NCBI RefSeq assembly: GCF_000143415.4
Contig: NW_003314371.1
Location: forward strand, 343,798-407,797
Direction of reading: 5' to 3'
Origin: Selaginella moellendorffii
Taxonomy: Eukaryota; Plantae; Lycopodiophyta
DNA length: 64,000 nt
Positions 1 through 11,182 of this stretch are shown here, piece by piece. A program made the translations under genes and the position numbers. Positions within the stretch are counted from its first letter, which is position 1, and the number at the start of each line of letters is the position of its first letter. The notes under the pieces are model-generated. The model did no database searches. It was not told the DNA's origin and was given only the letters and a program-made list of their open reading frames with translations.

Positions 1-22
1 ATCGCAATAAAGAGAATTTAAT

Positions 23-2477
23 CTATCCCAGGTATTGGACGGCCTGGATTTCTTGGTTCCGTCGCTCTTGCCTGAGGCGCTTGGAATACGATGGAAGATG
101 TAATCTCTTCGTTCTCGTGGCTTGTTTCATAGTCTCGAAAGTCGGCATGCTGTCAAATCCTCCAGGAGGAGCCATGGATTTTCTGGAAAGATCACTCGAG
201 CAATATAAGTTCTTGACCACTCTGGATTGAAAAGCTTACCTCGCAAGGACTGGGAGCTTGAGCGGATCCTCGGGCTTTGGTATTTGTTCTCCTCCTTCAC
301 CACCAGCAGCAGTGGCATCAGGAGCTCCAGGAGCTCCAGGAGCCTGTTGAAGATATGCCGAGAGAGATGAGTACGTTATAGATTGGAACGCTCCGTTACC
401 TGAGGAACGATTTCGGCGGGAGGAGCAACGACGGACTTCTTCGGGGACAGAGTAACAGATTTTCTGGGAGCAGCGGCAGCGGCAGCAGCAGCATCGATTG
501 TCGGAGCGGGGACAACCGGTGGTAAAGTCACTACAGTCGTCTGATCCTCGGGAGATTTTTCATCTCTGGGTAGCTGTTCCGGTGTTGGCTTCGTCACTGC
601 TGGTTTCAGGATTGGCAGAGTCCTTGTGGCGATGCCGGGAGGATCAGCAGGCATGAAACTCTTGAATGTCATTTCTCGTTTAGTGTTTTCTTCCTCAGAT
701 AGCTGCTCCAAGTAACTAGAGATTAAGAAAATACTGTCAGAAATGAAACCAGATAAACGACTTTGGTACCTCAAACACAGCATTTCTCTTGGTGGAACAA
801 GCGGACTTCCTTGCTTCACTAAAGGATCACCAGTGATGACATTGACCAGGTGATACTGATCCTCCACTCTGCGTTGCAAATTAAGTACATCCTAGCGCTG
901 CTTAGAAAGATACCACTTACTCTTTCATTTGCCTTTTGCCAGTCCGACCCGTCTCCTCCAAAAGGACTTGCAAGCCCTGACCCAAGTTGCCGTATACGCC
1001 TTCCCACTGATCTTGGCCATTTCTCTTTGCCACGATCTTTTCAAGCCTGCTTGGACAGCTTACATTACAGAGACCATAGAAAAGATAGTCATACCCGCTG
1101 GGCCATCTCAGGCACTTCGCAAATCTCAAAAATCTGCAGAGGTAACAGAATAGCTCAGCAGAGTTATAATCAGAGGAAAGTATACATACGGCACACATCC
1201 TTCTCCCTCCTTATCCGCATAAGGAATCAATCTTCGAAACTCTTCGTCCGTGTAGTATACACCAAACTGCTCTAAACTAGTACGCAAGTCCTCGTAACTA
1301 ACCTGCAGAGACGAAACAATGAAACTAGTTCTAGGAAAGAAACTAAGTAAAAGAAAACACCCATGTAATGCTAGTTATATCACTGACCCTATCTGTACTG
1401 TTTGGATCAAAATGTTTGCACGCATCTGGAAGCTGGCCTGACTTCCAATACAACTGCACAATCGAAAACAAGGATTTAGAAAAAAGAAGAATGTAAGAAG
1501 AGTTCGAATGCAAGACGTACTTTCTCCATCAATCTGTCGATTACAGGCTCTCCTCCGGATTGCCATAACCGTTTTCGAGGAGCTATCATTTTCCTCTTGA
1601 GCCTCTTGAACTCTGGAGCGTTTGTTTGTAAGTAAATAGTCATAATGTAAACTTTCTAAAGGAAACTTACTTTGTTCGGCTGTCTCCTCAGGCTCAGTGG
1701 GATATAGCGGTTCCAATGGATTCGATCTGGGATTTCTGTCGAATCCAAATCTCTTCTTCCCGATATTGATGTCGAAAAGCTCAAGCCCCGTGCCAACCTT
1801 GCACCGAAATCGTCTATGAACACAAAGAATTCAGTCAGTAAACAAACACGCAGAATAAACTTAAGCAGCTCACTCGCGAGTCCATTTTGCAGGATGAGAC
1901 TTCTTATCAAACAATATGTCCTCGAGACGAACACGCACGGGGCCTTTGAAAAGAATCCTTGGTTTAGCACCAACAATGTCGCTCACATCCAGGAGATCGG
2001 TTACTCTGTTGGAAAATATCTGGAGAAACCACCACAGCCGAACGTAAGGAATAATCTAAGCAGAGGAGAAAAGCACCTGATCACCAGCTGGGAGGAGATT
2101 TGGACCCTCAGGAATTACGTAATCTGGATCCAAAGGATTGACGCAGCGATCAGTAATAAGTCGCCTCGATGGTCGCTTCTTCCTGTAAAGATCTTGCGGC
2201 AGCCATGTATCTGGAAACATTTTGCTGGCGTCCTGCATTCCAAAACCTGTGCTTCGTGAGTTTGGTGGATGAAATTTTCAATCGAAGTCTAAGAAGAAGA
2301 TCTAGGAAATAATTTTTTCTTTCTTACTTCTGGATGTAGATACGTCCTGATGGTGGGAGCAAATCTAGCTCCTTCGATGTCGTCCGTGGTGAGCGAACGA
2401 GGGATGCCCTTGGGCACCATGCACCGGTGGACATCCCCATGGTTGGCGTAGGGCGCCCAATCGATCGTCTCCGCCAT
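23..2477 (-). CDS. Multi-exon protein with DIxGA(P)/NPLxPxY repeats and an EF-hand pair; putative cilium/flagellum-associated protein
   Basis: Hand-spliced exons give MAETIDW...SLTTDDIEGARFAP, VNPLDPDY, LDVSDIVGAKPR, SNPLEPLY, then KHFDPNSTDRVSYEDLRTSLEQFGVYYTDEEFRRLIPYADKEGEGCVPFLRFAKCL (EF-hand pair). C-terminus ...ERRNQEIQAVQYLG* at 23. GT-AG introns keep the frame at the junctions checked. Confidence 0.7.
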
Positions 2478-2857
2478 CGCGCGCCTCCCTCTTCTTCTTC
2501 CTCTCCCCTTTTCTCACCTGTGTCTCCAAAATCCCCTCATCTTACTCGAGCTGTGAAGCTCCAGACCGCCCCAGGAATCTCCTCCCAACGCCAGGAATCA
2601 AGGCGAGGTGCTGCTGATCGCATTGTGCTCGCAAATTACCTCCGCATCATCCAAGATCTCGAGGGATCGGGCGCGCTCCCTCCACTGCTCTCTTGCTGTT
2701 CATTCCTCCAAGAGGTGCGCGGCCACGCTGCTGACGCGGCTAGGGTTTTGCAGCCACTACAAGTGTACGGCCAGAAATGGGCGGGAGAAAATTTTCAAAA
2801 GCTTCAAAGCCCTAAGAACTAAACTGGTAATTAGGGCTAGGGCTTATGTTCTACCCT

Positions 2858-2899
2858 ATCCCACATGCCCTGGCGCACGTGAAGAGGGCCAAGATATAA
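2858..2899 (+). promoter_or_regulatory. Plant snRNA/snoRNA promoter: USE + TATA, Pol III-type spacing
   Basis: ATCCCACATGC (2858-2868) matches the USE consensus RTCCCACATCG. GATATAA lies at 2893-2899, about 24 bp downstream, and the RNA starts about 25 bp after the TATA. Confidence 0.85.
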
Positions 2900-2922
2900 C
2901 AAGCTCCATGAACAAAGCTTTC

Positions 2923-3139
2923 ACGACTGTACTTGAACAGGATCTGTTCTCTAGGTCGTACTTCAGTCCATACCCAGAGGTATAGACAAACCGATATGCC
3001 CGGACGATGAGTCCGAGAGCCCACCGGCTTGAGCGCGACCGTACGGGTGCTTGGTGCTATTGTGCCATGCGGCCCATAGATGACCGTTCACTCCGAGCTT
3101 GCTCGGTTGTGAAGGCCGGGCGGGCAGTCTGACGGGTCC
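2923..3139 (+). ncRNA. U3: U3 small nucleolar RNA
   Basis: 5' end ACGACTGTACTTGAACAGGATCTGTTCTCTAGG matches plant U3 boxes A'/A. Box C' GATGA at ~3006, box B GAGCGCGA at 3031, box C AGATGA at ~3078, box D CTGA at 3129-3132, T-run at 3149-3152, USE/TATA upstream. Confidence 0.93.
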
Positions 3140-3233
3140 AAAACTTTCTTTTACCTTTAGATAATGACCTTTTCAGATATAACATGACGTAACTTCTTAC
3201 AGATACATTACATCGTCTAACATTGATTTCTCG

Positions 3234-4109
3234 CTATAAGGTATAGCTATTCTCGCTTGGAACACCAAACGTTATTCTGTTGGCGAGCTTTCTCAAGTTG
3301 GTCATCTTATATTTTTCCTTGGTCTTGCGAAGCCTCCTCCCGCCGCGTTTCTTCTTTGATTCTCCAACCCGGGGAACTGGCAAGGGCGTGGCGGACTTTA
3401 GAAGTGGCCGCTCTTGCCACTTGTTGATCGTCTTAAGTATCTCCTCGCGTAGAGCTCTCCCAATCTCGCCACCTTTAGTGCTGTTGATCGTCGTGGTAGC
3501 ATCCACACGAGCTGCTAATGCTGCCTTTGAGCAAACGAGGCGACACGCCCTGTTTCGAAGCGGCGGTGGCGTGGACTGTACAATCTCACACTCGAAAACA
3601 TGCCCCATCCCATTGTTCTTCACCGTCGCTGATGAGAATCCTAATAGATCGTCGATCTCCTCCCTGCCTAGAAGCTTTACGTTGCATGCCGGCATGCTAG
3701 CCAGCGACACGAGCCCGCCAGCTTCTTCGATGAGCTTTGCGGTTATGGAGCTCCCCAGAATGGCTGACAAGTTTGGAGCGGCAGAGCTCGTCTCGCTCTC
3801 CAAGAACCCTAAAACCTCCTTTCTTGTCTCCGTGAGCTCGATAATCCTATCGCATGCATCTAACACGCGCTGCAAATCAGAGTCCTCCAGTGTTGGCATG
3901 TCCATTGTCGAGAAGAGCATCGAAATCGCCAGCGCTGTTGGAGCTGGAAGATCTTCCAGACTAACTTCACTAAGATCCATCTTGTTCCCAATCTTTTTCA
4001 CTAGCCGCGCATAATCTAATGGATCCCTCACCATTAACTCTAGTTCTTTGAACCTCCTCCCGTACATAGTTTTCACGAAATCATACAAGCTTTCAATCTC
4101 CTTCTCCAT
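3234..4109 (-). CDS. PRP31: PRP31-like U4/U6 snRNP protein (NOSIC + Nop domains), intronless and truncated at both ends; probable retrocopy
   Basis: APNLSAILGSSITAKLIEEAGGL..MPACNVKLLG, KAALAARVD and KKRGGRRLRKTKEKY..LRKLANRITFG are Prp31 signatures. About 290 aa, stops right after the NLS/RxxFG segment, no introns. First ATG at 4109. Confidence 0.85.
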   Translation of the reverse strand: MEKEIESLYDFVKTMYGRRFKELELMVRDPLDYARLVKKIGNKMDLSEVSLEDLPAPTALAISMLFSTMDMPTLEDSDLQRVLDACDRIIELTETRKEVLGFLESETSSAAPNLSAILGSSITAKLIEEAGGLVSLASMPACNVKLLGREEIDDLLGFSSATVKNNGMGHVFECEIVQSTPPPLRNRACRLVCSKAALAARVDATTTINSTKGGEIGRALREEILKTINKWQERPLLKSATPLPVPRVGESKKKRGGRRLRKTKEKYKMTNLRKLANRITFGVPSENSYTL

Positions 4110-4292
4110 TCTGATTTGCCCTAAGTCCAATCCTTCAATTTATAGTACTACTACAAAAGGTATACAAAACTAATTACAATCCTTTATTTTCCTGTATTGT
4201 TTAATGAAAACCCCTAAAACCCTCGCATAGCTGCCACGTCATACGAAGATGGAGTGGCATTCCAGTTTCTAGGTTGAGGAGGAGCGGCCGCG

Positions 4293-7200
4293 ATGGATCA
4301 GCGCCCCGCCAGTACGTCTTTCTCTCCCTTTCTCGCGTCGCAGCTCTTCCTCCTCTCGATCGAGCGCCATTTCCGAGCTGATCGCCAGGAGGATGAGAAA
4401 TGCCAGATCTTTCTTCTTTTTTCGTTTCCTCTTCGCGATCGAAGCTAACGTCGTTCTTCTCCAGCGGTGCCGGCGTCATCGCTCTCGGAGATACGCTTTG
4501 GATTGCTGTCCCCGGCGGATATTGTGAGTTTCAAGCGCTTTGTTTTTTTTTTTTCTCCCTCTGACTCTTCCTCTCCTCGTTGTGTTCCAGGTCAGTCTCT
4601 CCGTTCGCTCTATCAGCAAGCCTGCCGATGTTAGCGATCCCTGCCTCGGACTTCCTTGCATTCGTGGGAGCAAGTGTTTATCGTGTGGAGCCAATGAGCC
4701 AAAGGAATGCCCGGGTAGGCATTCTTTTCATGTTTTCTTTTCTCTGTTCCTTCTTTGTCTAACTGGATCCTTCTTCCAGGCCATTTTGGTCGCTTGGAGC
4801 TCTTAACCCCGGTCTACCACCCAGAGCATTTGCGAAAGCTTTGCAAGGTTCTGGGGATGGTTTGCTTGAAATGTGGCAAACCGAGGAAAAAGCCTGGGAG
4901 GAAAGAGGAAGAAGTGGACGTAAAGGAAGAGAAAGACGAAGAGGATGAAGCGAAGCAACAAGAACAGACGGCAGCTGAGAAGGGAAAAGCTATAGTGAAA
5001 CATAGCTCGTGTCCCGCTGAAGAAAAGCAACAAGAACAGACGGCAGCTGAGAAGGGAAAAGCCATAGTGAAACATAGCTCGTGTCCCGCGGGGATCAACG
5101 ATCCGACTATTTCCTACTTCACCATATCCGATAGCGAGGACGAAGGGCTTTTCATTGTGGACATAATGGCTGAAGATGCCAAAAAGGTACTTTCAACTGA
5201 CCTGCATTCCTTGTTCACTGTAACGTAACATCTTTACAGGCCCGCTGCGAGTTTTGTGATGGAAGCTACAAATATCCCAACGTTAGAGTCCTTTCAATGA
5301 AGTTCCAGAAGTATCGGATTGAAGGAATTCGTTTGGAGTGTCCAGGCACAAAACCTCCTCCGAATGGGTACTGGAACTTTCTCGGAGGAGCTTTGAAGGG
5401 ACGTCGGAAAGTGAAACTGACTCCCATTCAGGCAAGTTTGCTGTGATTATTTCTAGTCGTTTATGTTACTGTTATTAACTGTGGAAACTCTAGGCACTAT
5501 CAATCCTGAAAAAGGTCCCAGCGAGGGTCTTACCCGGCGTAGATGTTGAGGCGTTCGTGCTGGAAAAGCTTCCAGTTCCTCCAAACTGCATGCAGTCTTT
5601 ACTAGACGTGAGTAGTTCCTCTATTCGTCTTTCTTGTGTTTGCAATTAACAAAGCAACAGCCGAGGACTGGAAACGTCTCATTTTCAAGCAGTGGAGCGA
5701 TTCAGACACTGCGGAAGCTCGTGATGGAGAATGCAAAGTTCGTTGACAGCTCGCCGAAAGCTTTGAAGACAAAATGGAAGACCCTGCAACACCTCATCTC
5801 GCAGTATCTGCGCCTGAAAGGCTGCCCAAAGGTATTCTTCTTGTGTATTTTATCCGTTGACACTATTCGCTGATAAACTTTGATCTTTACAGATACGTAA
5901 TAATCTCGAGCCTTCGACGAGGCCAGGAGTGACTGTGAAATGCGCCGAAATCTGGAAGAATAACGTGACTGACACTATCTTGTCGAAGATGACACAGTAC
6001 TGTGCCATTGCGCTGCTCACTGGCGACGCTTACCTTGGTGTAGAGGAGATTCTCATCCCGGATGAGATATCTAGGCAGGTGACGCTGCCAGAACGAGTGA
6101 CATCCTTCAACGCTGACAAGCTTCAAGCAATTGTCAACGACTTACAGGTATGCTTAGCATGTTTGTATTGTTTTGGATTCGATTTTCGTGAGTACCAGGT
6201 CGGTTTCATCGAGCAAAACGGCGTCACTTGTGACCTGCGAGGCCAGTCCGCTGAGAGAAGGCAGTTGGAGATTGGAGCTGTCGTTCATCGCCCTGTGCGG
6301 GATGGGGATCTTGTTTTCGTGAGCCGGCACCCGGCGGTTTACAAACACTCAGTCATAGCGCTTACTGCAAGGATCCATCCCGGGAAGTCTTTCAGAATCA
6401 ACCCTTTGGTGTGCTCTCCTCTCAAAGGAGACTTTGATGGAGACCGGCTGCACGTTTACTTCCCGCAGGCCGAGGACGCAAGAGTGGAGACGAGAGAACT
6501 GATGGGACTGAAGCAACAGTTTCAGGCGTTATCAAGCGGAAATCCGGTGATAAGTTTGACGCAAGACATGCTAGTTGCAGCGTACATGCTGGTTTCGAGG
6601 CACAGTTTCTTTACAGCTCCACAAATACAGCAGCTGGGTCTTCACGCTGATCGGTGGTCGCTACCAGATCCAGCGATTGTCAAGCCACGGGCGCTGTGGA
6701 CAGGTTTCCAGGCATTTGGACTGTTACTGCCTTCGGAGTTGGCATTCTCCACGAGGACGGGAGTCTTGATTTCCGACGGGGAGCTTGTTACTGCCGGTGA
6801 CGATGGTAGCTGGCTGGGAGGGGGGACCGACTCTTTGTTACGTGCTATCCACGAGAAGTTTGGCGTTGCAGAAGCAATCGCGTACCTTGATTCCTGTTGC
6901 TCGATGTTGAAAGAGTTCCTACATATCGAAGGCTTCAGCATTGGCTTGGGAGACTTCAGCGTCAGCGACAGGCAGAGAGAAGCGATTTCGGAGCTTCTGG
7001 CGTATGCTAAAGAAAATTACGTGGAGGAGCAGGACTTCAGGGACGTTGAGCGGTGCCTAGAAGTTAAGATAAAGAACGAGACGACGAAAGAGAACAGACT
7101 GCATATGATGATGAAAGCAGGCAGCAAAGGGTCCGCGTCTTCGGCGAGAATTCACGTCGCCTGTTTAGGCGTCCAGGTTGTTCACGGTCGCTCGGAATTC

Positions 7201-10200
7201 ATCGACAAGTCGTTTTGGAGTGGATTAGACCCGTCAGAGTTTTGGCAACACAGCGTGTGTACCCGAGCTACACTCTTGAAGTCATTGACGATGCACGACG
7301 CGGGGACGCTGGCATCGACCCTGATGAATCATCTGGAAGACGTGTATCTTGCCTACGATGGCACGGTTCGTCACCGACAGAATGAGCAAGTCGTTCAACT
7401 GGACTATGGCAATGAGTCGGCTCAACCGGGTGAAGCCGTAGGGGCCCTTGCAGCGAGCTTCATTACGGAGCAAGCTTACGACACTGCATACGAGGATTTC
7501 AAGGTATAGAATTTTTTTGGACATTCATGTCCAGAGACTGAGCTTTTGGAATTTTATCACCAGAAAACGCTGCAGTCAAGTGTTAACGAGGACAACGTTA
7601 CGATTTTAAGACTGGAAAGGTGTGGCATCAACAACTGCCACTGTTTGGAGTGGAGATTGTTGGAGCTCAAGGAACAGCTACAACCAGTTCACTTGAAGGA
7701 GATCACGAAGGAGGTGAAACTTGAGTATGCACCGACCATCGTGACTTATTGGCTTTGCCATTTCTCTCTGGACCTGGTACTTTTTACTCTTTCTTTGAGC
7801 GTCTCTCGAAGTGCCGGTGTTTGGCAGGAGCGTGTCGAGGAGCTAAATTTGAATCTAGAATCCATTCGGCAGTTGATTCTAGGCCTCGATTTTTGCTGTG
7901 AAACTGTTCTGTCCTGTGGCAATGAAGAAGCGTGCTTGCACGTTGCAGCAGCAGCTGACGGTGATGACATGGAAGACTCCTTGAACGTCTGGAACTACAA
8001 GCTCATACCGAAGCTCTTGGAGGTCTACGTTGCAGGTGATATACCAAATGTTTTGCTACCACGTTACAGATTTTCTGTGTGTTCAGGCAGCAAAGATGTT
8101 CAGTCCGTCACTGTCACTCGTGACTATCGTCAAGAATTAGTTCTACAACTAGCTGCCTCGTTTCAAACACTGGCAGGACTCGGCCTGGACACTGTAGATT
8201 GGCAGCGATCTTCTCCATTCACTGTTCGGGAAGTATACGATACGTTTGGTGTTGAAGCAGCTTGTCAGTTTATCTATGAGGTGAGCTGATTATAATCTAT
8301 TTTTCAAATACTTGTCCTTACGCTTAGCAATCATGTAGAGGCTGATGACCATCACGAGCTCGGATGTTAATCCCAGCCATGTTCGTCTTCTTGCGGATTA
8401 TGCAACGCATACTGGAAATGTGCTTGGCTATACAAATTCAGGTTTTAAGGAATTTCTCAAGAGTACAGGCTCGTTGGCACCATTTCAACGTGTAACCACA
8501 ATTTATACTTGTTTTTCTTCGTCTCTAACACTTGGCGAACAGGTTGCGGTGAATGAACTTGAAGCCGCCGCACAAAATGGTCTCTGTGATCGTTTAAAAG
8601 GCGTGGTTTCGTCTACGGCTTGGGGAAAGCGTCCACCGATTGGAACATCCACAGACTTCAAACTTGTTTGGAAGGTAGGCAAGTTCGTCATCAAGCTCGT
8701 CATTTGACATTTGTTTCTGAAGATGGATGATCCGAGCTGGGTCAACGTAGACCTTTACAAGTTCCTTGAAGGAAATGTATGCAAGCAGCCGCTCACACCA
8801 GCCATTGCCGAAGGCCGTAAAATGCTAAACAGTGAATGGGAGTCGCAGCCGCAGGGAACAACAGAAACTAATGGCTGGGACGTGCCATCAACAACTGAGA
8901 ACCTGGACAGTGGATGGGGATTGTTAACCACGACAGCGGACGTTGACAATGGCTGGGGATCGTCAACCGCGACAGCCGACGTTGACAATGGCTGGGGGTC
9001 TTTGACGACAACTGATATTGGGGGAAGTGACTGGGGATCATTAGCGACTGACACTGTCAAGAATGCGACGTCGACTGTTAATGCCGACAATGGCTGGGAG
9101 GCACCAAATTCCGGTAACTCTCCTCATTATTGTTCTTCATAAAGTTTGAACAAACGCGCTTGCTTGAACTTAGGTGCGGATCAAGGCAATGGCTGGGAAA
9201 CATCACGTTCAGGTAAATGTTTTCTCAATCTTTTAGAAAATTCAAACGAATCTACTTCTTCGAACTTAGGTGTGGATCCAGGCAATGGCTGGGGAGCATC
9301 ATGTTCAGGTAAACACCATTCATGGTTATTCATGTTAGAATATTGAACGAATGCATTCGTTTGAACTTCAGATGCGGAAGTTCAAACTGGCTGGGCGTCA
9401 ATTCCCACTGATCGTCCGGATGTAGCTGAAGGCGAAGAAGTCTCCTGGAATACGGCCTTCAAGGATGACTCCAAGTTGGAAGAGCAGAGATCAAAAAGAT
9501 CATTTGCTCCTCTTGGTTGCAGAAGGATTCCGAATCCCCATCTCTCAGGTTTCGTCTGATGCGTGATTTTGAGTTCAAATTATTTTTTCTTGTTTTCAGA
9601 GGTATGCAACGATGGCTGGTCGTCGGAACCTGCGAACAAGGATGAGGGAGGTGGTTGGGGACAAAGCTCGGGTACAACTTCCATGGTATCAAAGGAATAT
9701 AGACTGCAACAATGTTTTTGATTGTTTCAGAAGTGATCAATGGAAGTACCTGGGATTCAACCAGTTTTGACGCTCCTGCTCCTGCTGCTCAAGGTCGTGA
9801 CAGCAGCGACTGGCTACGAAATGACGACCTGGAGCTGCAAGAAGAAAGACCCAAGCGTAAGTTTGCTCCTACAGGAGCAAACACGATTCCTCTTGGCAAA
9901 AGAAGAGTTTTTCCAAAACTTGGCGTTGACAGTGCCAAACAGGACTCAGGTTAGTTTTCTTATTCTTCTACACTTTCGACGGTTTCTCCAACATTTTTCT
10001 CCAGGCACCGATGCCAAAGATGTGGAAAATAACGAGGAAAAGAACGTAGACCACGGCTGGACAAACTCCGGTTAGTTTATTGCGTATATTGAAATAATAT
10101 TGATGTTAAATTGACTTGGTTCTCTCGAAGGCTGGAGCCCTGTGAAGAACGACGACCAAGTAACGGTTGCGGCTGACATTCAAGTTGACGGCTGGGGAGC

Positions 10201-11092
10201 AGCTCCAAACTCAGGTCAGACTTCTATTCAAGATGACGGCTGGGCAGCTGCTCCAAACTCAGGTCAGCCTGCTCTTCAAGATGACGGCTGGGGAGCAGCT
10301 CCAAACTCAGGTCAGCCTTCTACTCAAGATGACGGCTGGGGAGCAGCTCCTAGCTCAAGTCAGTTTTCTACTCAAGATGACGGCTGGGGAGCAGCTCCTA
10401 ACTCAGGTCAGCCTTCTATTCGTCTGATTTAGTCTTGTTCTTATGAAGCTGTTTGCGAAGGTGTGACGAGCAACGACGAAGAAGCCGTGCAAGCTCAGGG
10501 CTGGGGATGTAGTGCACCACAAGAAGTCGAAGGTGCTCCAAAGACTAGCGCATTGCACCCCCGGGACCGTCCCCCTCCGGATCCCTTTAAAAGAAAGTTC
10601 TGGATGGAGGTGGTGGAGGTCGTGAATCAAGCCAGAATTGTGCTGAGAAGGTAAGGAAAAACGCTCAATTCATCCATGGTGTTCTTATCTGCTCGAGCGT
10701 TCTCTCCAGTTACCGAAACGGCGATCGACTTTCCGAGGAGCACGAGACGGCCATCATGGAGAAAATTCTCGTCCATCACCCCTCCTACGACCAGAAAGCT
10801 GGAGCTGGTATCGATTTCTTGAAGGTAGAGTGACTCTCTCTCTGGATTGTGTCTGAACTTTAGACGCTATGTCTCCTCTCAGGTCGATCGCCCAGCGAAT
10901 TTCTCCGACTCGAGCTGCTTCTTCGTCGTCCGGAAAGACGGCAGCGAGGACGACTTCTCGTACCACAAGTGCCTGCGATCGCTGGTCGAGAAGAGCTTCC
11001 CAGAGAACTATCTCGCCAAGTATGACGCATCGTGCCTTCCCAAGGACTGGATCAAGAAAGTGGACGATTCAAGTGGAGACAATGCAAGTTAA
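4293..11092 (+). CDS. NRPE1: Largest subunit of plant RNA polymerase V (NRPE1-like; Pol IV/V family), multi-exon
   Basis: Spliced N-terminus MDQRPATVPASSLSEIRFGLLSPADI; Zn site CLSCG..ECPGHFG; metal-A site PLKGDFDGDRLHVYFPQ (~6420-6465); Pol IV/V-type bridge helix and shortened foot/trigger-loop region (PGEAVGALAA); many GW/WG repeats at 8870-10510; C-terminal DeCL/DUF3223 domain (HHPSYDQKAGAGIDFLKVDRP..CFFVVRKDGSEDDFSYHKC). Confidence 0.9.
4953..5089 (+). repeat. 72-bp in-frame tandem duplication in the NRPE1 N-terminal region
   Basis: KQQEQTAAEKGKAIVKHSSCPA occurs twice; the nucleotide units start at 4953 and 5025 and are nearly identical. Confidence 0.95.
10187..10420 (+). repeat. Five 48-bp tandem repeats encoding GW Ago-hook units (DGWGAAPNSGQPSTQD)
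   Basis: Units start at 10187, 10235, 10283, 10331 and 10379. Confidence 0.95.
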
Positions 11093-11140
11093 GTTCTGAG
11101 ACAATGCAAGTAAGTTTCGAGACAATGCAAGTTAAGTTCT
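11076..11140 (+). repeat. Three ~21-22 bp tandem repeats spanning the NRPE1 stop codon
   Basis: GAGACAATGCAAGT(T)AAGTT(C/T) x3. Confidence 0.9.
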
Positions 11141-11182
11141 ATCTTTGCTATATCACCTCCTAGAGAGAAACGCGAGATCTCT

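Noticed and set aside
2427-2985. ORFs 2427-2822 and 2608-2985
   Set aside because: They overlap the promoter/5' region of the first gene and the U3 gene; non-ATG starts and no protein features.
3280-4014. 244-aa + strand ORF and similar long antisense ORFs over the RING, NFRKB, PPR and MOM1 genes
   Set aside because: Shadows of GC-rich coding sequence on the opposite strand with no recognisable motifs.
3234-4109. NOP56/NOP58 paired functionally with the adjacent U3 snoRNA
   Set aside because: MPACN and KKRGGRRLRK..RKLANR motifs are PRP31-specific; the adjacency is probably coincidental.
10187-10420. Regular repeats resembling a CRISPR array
   Set aside because: No unique spacers; in-frame GW peptide repeats in a eukaryotic gene.
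4293-11092. Calling the polymerase subunit NRPB1 or NRPD1
   Set aside because: No NADFDGD or heptad CTD, so not Pol II; abundant GW motifs before DeCL favour NRPE1 over NRPD1, though phylogeny is needed.
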